From: Polyangiales bacterium
Lineage (GTDB): Bacteria; Myxococcota_A; Polyangia; Polyangiales; Polyangiaceae
DNA length: 64,000 bases
Direction of reading: 5' to 3'
NCBI GenBank assembly: GCA_038209335.1
Contig: JBBQXV010000002.1
Span: 18,880-82,879 of the forward strand
The notes under the pieces were generated by a model, which searched no databases, was not told where the DNA came from, and saw only the letters and a list, made by a program, of their open reading frames with translations. Shown one piece after another: positions 59,015 through 64,000 of the stretch (position 1 is the first letter of the stretch; each line of letters opens with the position of its first letter). Both the position numbers and the translations under genes were made by a program.

Positions 59015-59936
59015 GAAACGCCATGACCTCGCGCACGACCGGCTCGGGCGTGTCGACATGCGCGAAGTGCGACGTGTGGTCGAGCCACGTCAGCGTCGAC
59101 TCGGCGATGAGCGCGTGCAAGCGGTCGCCGTTCTTCGGCGGCACGAGCGGATCTTGACGCGAGTAGAGGAGGAGCAGCGGCATCGGAAACGCGCGCCCCT
59201 TGCGCGCTTCGAGCGCGTCGCGAAACTCGGCGAAGCCGGCGGGAGACATCGTGTCGTAGAGGTAACGGATGAACGTCGCGATTCCCGCGTCGTCGCCGAG
59301 CGGCGCGGCGTACTCGCGTGTCTCTTCGCGCGACTTCAGCGTCTCGTCGAAGTAGTGGACGTTCTTCCAGACCCAGCGCTCGCGATCGCGGCGGATGACG
59401 GCGGCGAGCGCGGCGCGTACACCGGGGATCGCGAGTCCGCCGTGGAGCGCGTAGTAGCGCGCGTCGGGGAGGGCGGGGGAGTGGATGTTCACGAGTCGCG
59501 CGAACGCGCCTTCGTCGCGGAGCGCGTGACGCATGCAGAGGTACCCGCCGAGCGAGTTGCCGACGGCGAGGCAGCCGCGAATGCCGAGCGCTTCTTGGAA
59601 TTCGCCGATCCACTCGGCGAGCGCGGCAGCCGAGTGGTTGCAGTCTGCACTCTTGGTCGTACGGCCCGCGCCTGGTAAGTCCGGCGCGATCACGCGGTAG
59701 CGCGCGGCGAGCGGCGCGTAGACGTAACGCCACGAGTAGCTCGTCGTCATGAGACCGTGCACGAGGAGGAGCGGCGGGCCTTCGCCGATCTCGCGGTAGT
59801 GGACGCGCTGCTCGCCGAACGGACGCGAGCGCATCGCGATCTCCCGCGACGTCGTGCGCGCGAGATCGTGCGGAACGCGCGGAAGATCCGGCAGCTCTGC
59901 GAACGGGACGCGCTCGAACGGACGCCGTGCGGTCAT
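58998..59936 (-). CDS. Alpha/beta-hydrolase fold protein
   Basis: LLLVHGL is the HG oxyanion motif. AVGNSLGGYL is the GxSxG nucleophile elbow. I chose the ATG at 59936 rather than 60017 to avoid a 75-nt overlap with the upstream gene. Confidence 0.8.
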   Translation of the reverse strand: MTARRPFERVPFAELPDLPRVPHDLARTTSREIAMRSRPFGEQRVHYREIGEGPPLLLVHGLMTTSYSWRYVYAPLAARYRVIAPDLPGAGRTTKSADCNHSAAALAEWIGEFQEALGIRGCLAVGNSLGGYLCMRHALRDEGAFARLVNIHSPALPDARYYALHGGLAIPGVRAALAAVIRRDRERWVWKNVHYFDETLKSREETREYAAPLGDDAGIATFIRYLYDTMSPAGFAEFRDALEARKGRAFPMPLLLLYSRQDPLVPPKNGDRLHALIAESTLTWLDHTSHFAHVDTPEPVVREVMAFLTAGA

Positions 59937-59941
59937 CGCGG

Positions 59942-60439
59942 TCACATCGTCGGCGCCGGCTGCGGCGGGTTGCAGACGGTGATCATCTCGCGCCACTTGC
60001 CGTTCTCGCATCGCCATCCGTTCGATCCGCAGCCGCTCTTCTCATGGCACTTCATCCCGCTCGTCGCGCAGACTTTGCCTGCGACGATCGACGCCGGGCA
60101 TCCCGTGGCGATCGGCGTCTTCGGCGCTTCGGCGTCGACAGCGGGCGGGCCGATCGCCGTTCCTGCGTCGTGGACGACAGGCGTGCTCGAAGGAACCGGC
60201 GGCGGCACGGGCTCCGGCCCTGGCGGATTGCAGTACGTCATCAGCTCGCGCCACTTGCCGTTCTCGCAGCGGTAGCCGTTGAGGCCGCAGCCGTCCTTGA
60301 GCTTGCACTCGCGCGTCCCGCTGCACGAATCTCCGGCGTTGATCTTCTCCGGGCACGTCGTCGCGCACGCGCCGCCGGCGAGCGATGCACCGACGGCGGC
60401 GATGGTCACGACGAACGCGGAACGAAATCGAGAGGCCAT
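59942..60439 (-). CDS. Secreted Cys-rich protein made of two tandem ~39-aa 6-Cys modules with a Pro-rich linker
   Basis: Signal peptide MASRFRSAFVVTIAAVGASLAGGAC. Module 1 is DSCSGTRECKLKDGCGLNGYRCENGKWRELMTYCNPP. Module 2 is KVCATSGMKCHEKSGCGSNGWRCENGKWREMITVCNPP. Confidence 0.65.
   Translation of the reverse strand: MASRFRSAFVVTIAAVGASLAGGACATTCPEKINAGDSCSGTRECKLKDGCGLNGYRCENGKWRELMTYCNPPGPEPVPPPVPSSTPVVHDAGTAIGPPAVDAEAPKTPIATGCPASIVAGKVCATSGMKCHEKSGCGSNGWRCENGKWREMITVCNPPQPAPTM
59960..60334. repeat. Intragenic direct repeat with about 258-bp period, encoding the two Cys-rich modules
   Basis: The core ctcgcgccacttgccgttctcgca is identical at 59987-60010 and 60246-60269. Confidence 0.8.
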
Positions 60440-60455
60440 CGCGCGAAGGTAGCAG

Positions 60456-61262
60456 TCACGTGCACCAAGCGTTCGACGAAGCGGCGCGCAGCGAGAGGCA
60501 CGTGAGCGCGCCGTCGCCTTTGTGAAATTCTCCGACGTCGATCGTGCGGACGTCGAGTCCGATCGCCGCGAGGCGCTCGGCGGTGCGCGGCGCCGCTGCG
60601 GAGACGAGGACGGCGCGACCCAGCGCGAGAACGTTGGCGCCGGTGGGCTCGGACGCCGCGATGCACGTGAGTCCGGCGTCGCGGAACGCCGTGAGATCTT
60701 CGTCGCGGAGCACGTTCGGGTCGTAGACGAGCGACGACGCGCTCGCCAACGTGCAGGCGGACTTCAAGTGGAGGCCGCCGCGCACCTCGACGGTCACGAC
60801 GTCGATCGCGTCGAGCGCGGCGACGCGCGCGAGGAAGTCCGCGCCGTCGCGGTTCGTGCGCGACGAGAGTCCGACGAAGAGGCGACCGTCGACGCGGAGC
60901 ACGTCGCCGCCGTCGAGCATCGCGGGTGCGACCATCGCGTGCGCGCGCCAGCGCCCGTCGAGCGCTGCGGCGACACCGGCGATTTCCGCGCGACGCGCTT
61001 CGGCTCCGGGACGCGTGACGACCACGTTCTCGCGGAGCAGGACGGCGGTGTCCTCGATGAAGCACGAGTCGGGGCAGGCGTCGTCGCTCGCGATCACGTC
61101 GACGTGGACGCCGAGCTCGCGCAACGTCGCGATGTACGTCGCGTGCTGGCGTCGCGCCGCGCCGAGGTCGATGCGCGCGTCGCCGTCGACGCGGAGGCAT
61201 CGCGCGTAGCTCGAGGAGACGTCGCGGACGAGGGCGCGCGCGGGCGGAGCGAAGGTCGGCAT
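60456..61262 (-). CDS. Amidinotransferase-superfamily enzyme, probably N(G),N(G)-dimethylarginine dimethylaminohydrolase (DDAH)-like
   Basis: A 268-aa protein. The C-terminal GDGALTCLSL matches the catalytic Cys position of DDAH and arginine-deiminase folds. The N-terminal part aligns by eye to DDAH. Confidence 0.65.
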   Translation of the reverse strand: MPTFAPPARALVRDVSSSYARCLRVDGDARIDLGAARRQHATYIATLRELGVHVDVIASDDACPDSCFIEDTAVLLRENVVVTRPGAEARRAEIAGVAAALDGRWRAHAMVAPAMLDGGDVLRVDGRLFVGLSSRTNRDGADFLARVAALDAIDVVTVEVRGGLHLKSACTLASASSLVYDPNVLRDEDLTAFRDAGLTCIAASEPTGANVLALGRAVLVSAAAPRTAERLAAIGLDVRTIDVGEFHKGDGALTCLSLRAASSNAWCT

Positions 61263-61271
61263 CGGGTCGAC

Positions 61272-62144
61272 TCATAGCGCATCGTCGTCCGCACGGGTCC
61301 ACGCGACGGCGCCCGCAACCCAGGTTTCCATGTCGGGTGGAAACGTGTGGCCGACGTTGCCGAGGCTGACGAAGATCGCGGGGACGCCTTGGCTGGCGAG
61401 GCGTCGCGACGCGGCGAGCATCGGATCGCGCATCATGTCGCCGTTGCCGGCGCCCATGTACACGTGGCGGACGCCGGCGCGCGCGAGGCGGGCGGCATCG
61501 GGTTTCACGTCGGCGGCGACGAGGATCAGCGACGACCAACGGCCATCCCCGCGTTGCGCGACGTCGAGCGCGGCGAGCGCGCCCCACGAGAATCCGATGA
61601 GCGTCCCGTTCGTGCGATCGTCCACCATGCCGGGATGCGCGGCGGCGACGCGCTTCACCGCGGCGTCGACCAACGCCGTGTTGTCCTTCCACTGCCACAC
61701 CGAGCCGGCGCCTTCGCATCGCGATGTGCCGCGCGGGCAGACGAGCCAGCTCTTTCGCGCGACCGACGCGGCGAACCACGGGCACGTGTTCTCCGGCATG
61801 CCGCACATTCCGTGGAGCATCACCGCGACCGGCGCGCGCTCGCCGTCCGCGTCGCGCGGAGGATAGACGAGCACGTCGGCGGCGCCGTCGCCGCGGAGCC
61901 ACGTCGGCTCGATGGACGCGGACGCACGCGGAGCGAGCTTCGGTGTCGCGGCGGGCGGTGTCGCACGCGCGACCGTCGCCGCGCCCATCGCGACGGGCGT
62001 CGCGCCGAGCGGCACCGCGCGCGCATGAACGCTCTCGCGTCGTGGCACCACCATCGCGGCGATGACGATCACGACGGATACACAAACCCATCCCCACGCA
62101 CGCCGCATGCGGCGCGCCCGTTCGTCGAGCATGACTGTCCCCAT
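61272..62144 (-). CDS. Alpha/beta-hydrolase (esterase / dienelactone-hydrolase-like), membrane-anchored or secreted
   Basis: An N-terminal hydrophobic helix (WGWVCVSVVIVIAAMVV). LIGFSWGA is the GxSxG motif. His and Asp residues lie downstream. Confidence 0.65.
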   Translation of the reverse strand: MGTVMLDERARRMRRAWGWVCVSVVIVIAAMVVPRRESVHARAVPLGATPVAMGAATVARATPPAATPKLAPRASASIEPTWLRGDGAADVLVYPPRDADGERAPVAVMLHGMCGMPENTCPWFAASVARKSWLVCPRGTSRCEGAGSVWQWKDNTALVDAAVKRVAAAHPGMVDDRTNGTLIGFSWGALAALDVAQRGDGRWSSLILVAADVKPDAARLARAGVRHVYMGAGNGDMMRDPMLAASRRLASQGVPAIFVSLGNVGHTFPPDMETWVAGAVAWTRADDDAL

Positions 62145-62261
62145 CGCGCCGAGGCGCGAGAGCGCGCAGCGCGCGAGGCGACCGCACCGTGCGGTCTTCC
62201 TTCACGTCCGCTGCTTCACTCGTTCATCGCGCGGGGGCGCGGAACTGTGACGGCGCGAGCG

Positions 62262-63191
62262 CTACTTCTTCGAGCCGAGGGGATCTTTGACGTCGCTGCC
62301 GAGCGAATCGGATCCGCCGGTCTTCGGCAACGGAGGCGTCGGCTTCGGTCCGGTCTTCGGCGACGGAGGCGGCGCGACCGGTGTCGTCGCGGTCGGATCG
62401 ATCTTCGGCGTGACGAAGCTCGGCGTCGGCGCCGGCGTCGGCTTCTGCTTCGTGTCGACGCTGTCGTTCTTCGTCGACGTGACCGGCGGCGGCGCCGCGT
62501 CCGGCGCGTTGTCGAGCGCAGGCGCTTGCTCCGGCGGTGACGGCGGCATCGGGAGCGGCGCCGGCGTGCTCGGCGTGCTGCTCGGAACACGCGGCGGCTC
62601 GGGCACCGCGATGTCGTTGCCGCGCGTGCGCCACACCGCCCAGATCGCCAACGCGAGCACGACGAGCAACGCCGCGGCCGCGAGCTGCGCCGCCCACTTC
62701 GCACGAAAGTGTTTTCGTAGGCGCGCGACGCGCTGACGCACGCGCGGCGCCGGGACGTTCTCTTCGGCCGCGATCGTCTCGAGCTTCTCGCCCGCGCCCT
62801 CGCGCAGCATCCACTCGAGCGTGCTCTCCGAGCCCTCGCCCTCCGGGAGCTCACGCTGCGCCCAGTGCAACAGATCCTGCGCGCTCTGCGGTGCGCTCGC
62901 GGCGGCGACCTCGTCGACCGCTGCCGGCTCGCGCGGCACCTCGCGTCGCGTGCGCCGAAAGTGATCCGCGACCTTGTTCCGCGCGATGCCGAAGATCCAC
63001 GGCTTCAGCTCGGCGTCGTTCTCCGGCGCGTTCCCCGACGCGAGCGCATCGGCCAACGTCGACTGCACGATGTCGTCGACCTCGTGCGCCGGCACGCGCG
63101 TCCGAACGAACCGCGCGAGCTGCGACGCGAGCGCCGGATCGGCGAGGAACGTCGCGCGACGATCGCGCCCTGGGAATGCCGTCATGACCAT
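62262..63191 (-). CDS. ECF (sigma-70 family) sigma factor with a C-terminal TM helix and Pro-rich extracytoplasmic tail
   Basis: Region 2 is DIVQSTLADALASGNAPENDAELKPWIFGIARNKVADHFRR. Region 4 is IAAEENVPAPRVRQRVARLRKHF. Then comes a TM helix (WAAQLAAAALLVVLALAIWAVW) and about 110 aa of Pro/Thr/Ser-rich tail. Confidence 0.8.
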   Translation of the reverse strand: MVMTAFPGRDRRATFLADPALASQLARFVRTRVPAHEVDDIVQSTLADALASGNAPENDAELKPWIFGIARNKVADHFRRTRREVPREPAAVDEVAAASAPQSAQDLLHWAQRELPEGEGSESTLEWMLREGAGEKLETIAAEENVPAPRVRQRVARLRKHFRAKWAAQLAAAALLVVLALAIWAVWRTRGNDIAVPEPPRVPSSTPSTPAPLPMPPSPPEQAPALDNAPDAAPPPVTSTKNDSVDTKQKPTPAPTPSFVTPKIDPTATTPVAPPPSPKTGPKPTPPLPKTGGSDSLGSDVKDPLGSKK

Positions 63192-63269
63192 TCGAATCTA
63201 CCCAACACCGGTGCATCGCGTGAGCGGACACGAGTGTGACGGGATCGACGTCGATTTCTTTGCCCTACA

Positions 63270-64000
63270 TCAGCGCCGCATCGCCGCCGGCGTAAACCGA
63301 ACGAGTCTCAGCACTTCCTGGTACTCGCCGGGACGCGCGCGCACGAGCGTCTGCGCCTGCATCACATCGAGGAGGCATTGCGGCGGGCGCACGTCGATCC
63401 CCTCGGGCGCCATGAGCGCTTCGATGCGCCGCGCGTCGATGGCGCTGAGCTTACGCGTCAGGACGATCGCGTCGGTCGGTGCTTCGTCGGAGATGTTCAC
63501 GAACTCGATGCGGCCTGCGACGGTGCCGACGTAGAGGCCGATCGCTTCGCGCACGCTCGCCTCGTCGATGCGCGGAACGGTGACGGCGCCGACGTCGGCG
63601 TCGCCATGGACGATCGACGCGACGACGGCCGGATGCGATCCGACGAAGCGCTGCGCCGCGAACGTCGTGTCGGGCTCGATGCCGCGCGCGACGAGGTGCG
63701 CGCGAATGAGCAGGTAGCCGCCGACCGAGAGTGGATCGACCCACGCCGCGTTCTTCCCGTCGAGGTTCGCGAGCGAGATCCCCGAGCCCGCGCGCGCGAC
63801 GAGCGCCGCGCGGTACGTCGCGCTGCCACCGCGCACGACCTTGAACACCGCGCGCGCCCCCGCTTCGATCCGCGCGCACACGCCCGACGGCGCCCACACT
63901 ATTTCCGCTTCGCCGGCGAGCGCGCGCTCCTCGAGCGCGTGGTAGTCCGCCGCGACTTCGACCTCGATGTCGTCACCGAGCGCCTCCGACAACGCTCCTT
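63270..64000 (-). CDS. Periplasmic-binding-protein-like (PhnD/SsuA-type substrate-binding fold) protein, 5' end probably beyond the window
   Basis: ORF 63270-63992 reads ..SGISLANLDGKNAAWVDPLSVGGYLLIRAHLVARGIEP... No signal peptide or clear start lies within the window, so the N-terminus may lie beyond 64000. Confidence 0.45.
   Translation of the reverse strand, partial: GALSEALGDDIEVEVAADYHALEERALAGEAEIVWAPSGVCARIEAGARAVFKVVRGGSATYRAALVARAGSGISLANLDGKNAAWVDPLSVGGYLLIRAHLVARGIEPDTTFAAQRFVGSHPAVVASIVHGDADVGAVTVPRIDEASVREAIGLYVGTVAGRIEFVNISDEAPTDAIVLTRKLSAIDARRIEALMAPEGIDVRPPQCLLDVMQAQTLVRARPGEYQEVLRLVRFTPAAMRR

Overview
This 64 kb window is very GC-rich (about 70 %, third codon positions almost all G/C) and densely coding: about 57 protein genes on both strands, with no rRNA, tRNA, CRISPR array, transposase or integrase that I can recognise. 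The gene content points to a myxobacterial-type (Myxococcota-like) chromosome region: five Hanks-type Ser/Thr kinases, a hybrid histidine kinase, FG-GAP and TolB-like propellers, many lipoproteins and an ECF sigma factor. Most ORFs in the supplied track are Arg/Ala/Pro-rich shadow frames of the real genes and were discarded.

Main gene blocks, in order:
- A ferredoxin-reductase / MerR / diiron-carboxylate protein module (1072-4123).
- An OPT transporter, MBL hydrolase, RNA m2G methyltransferase and MFS transporter block on the minus strand.
- A PlsC-like acyltransferase.
- An acyl-CoA dehydrogenase / phosphotransferase / DUF485 / ActP operon with overlapping stop and start codons.
- A membrane fatty-acid desaturase, a MATE exporter and an FG-GAP lipoprotein.
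- A beta-oxidation pair (FadN-type dehydrogenase/hydratase and thiolase) with a hybrid PAS histidine kinase inserted between the two genes.
- A metallophosphatase followed by a 1-bp-frameshifted Ser/Thr kinase.
- Two small Cys-rich secreted proteins, one of them an internal tandem duplication.
- A GT-C-like membrane protein and an MFS/spermidine-synthase fusion.
- A BNR propeller / MoaD-CysO-like (C-terminal Gly-Gly) / 1129-aa kinase-TPR trio.
- A cell-envelope neighbourhood with two L,D-transpeptidases, OmpA-like, TolB-like, SPFH and EEP genes.
- Two divergent Ser/Thr kinases, a serine hydrolase, an AraC regulator, DUF218, hydrolases, a DDAH-like enzyme and an ECF sigma factor with a C-terminal membrane / Pro-rich extension.

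Non-coding or sub-genic signals worth noting:
- A nested palindromic operator-like site overlapping a perfect TTGACA hexamer at 915-940.
- A (GTCGAS)n hexamer repeat cassette with a conserved GGGGAGGGGAGT flank, inserted into two unrelated genes.
- A C9/T9 homopolymer tract plus hairpin in a divergent promoter region at 10487-10519.
- An AT-rich promoter island at 31935-32004.

All calls come from reading the sequence and translations by eye. No database search was run.
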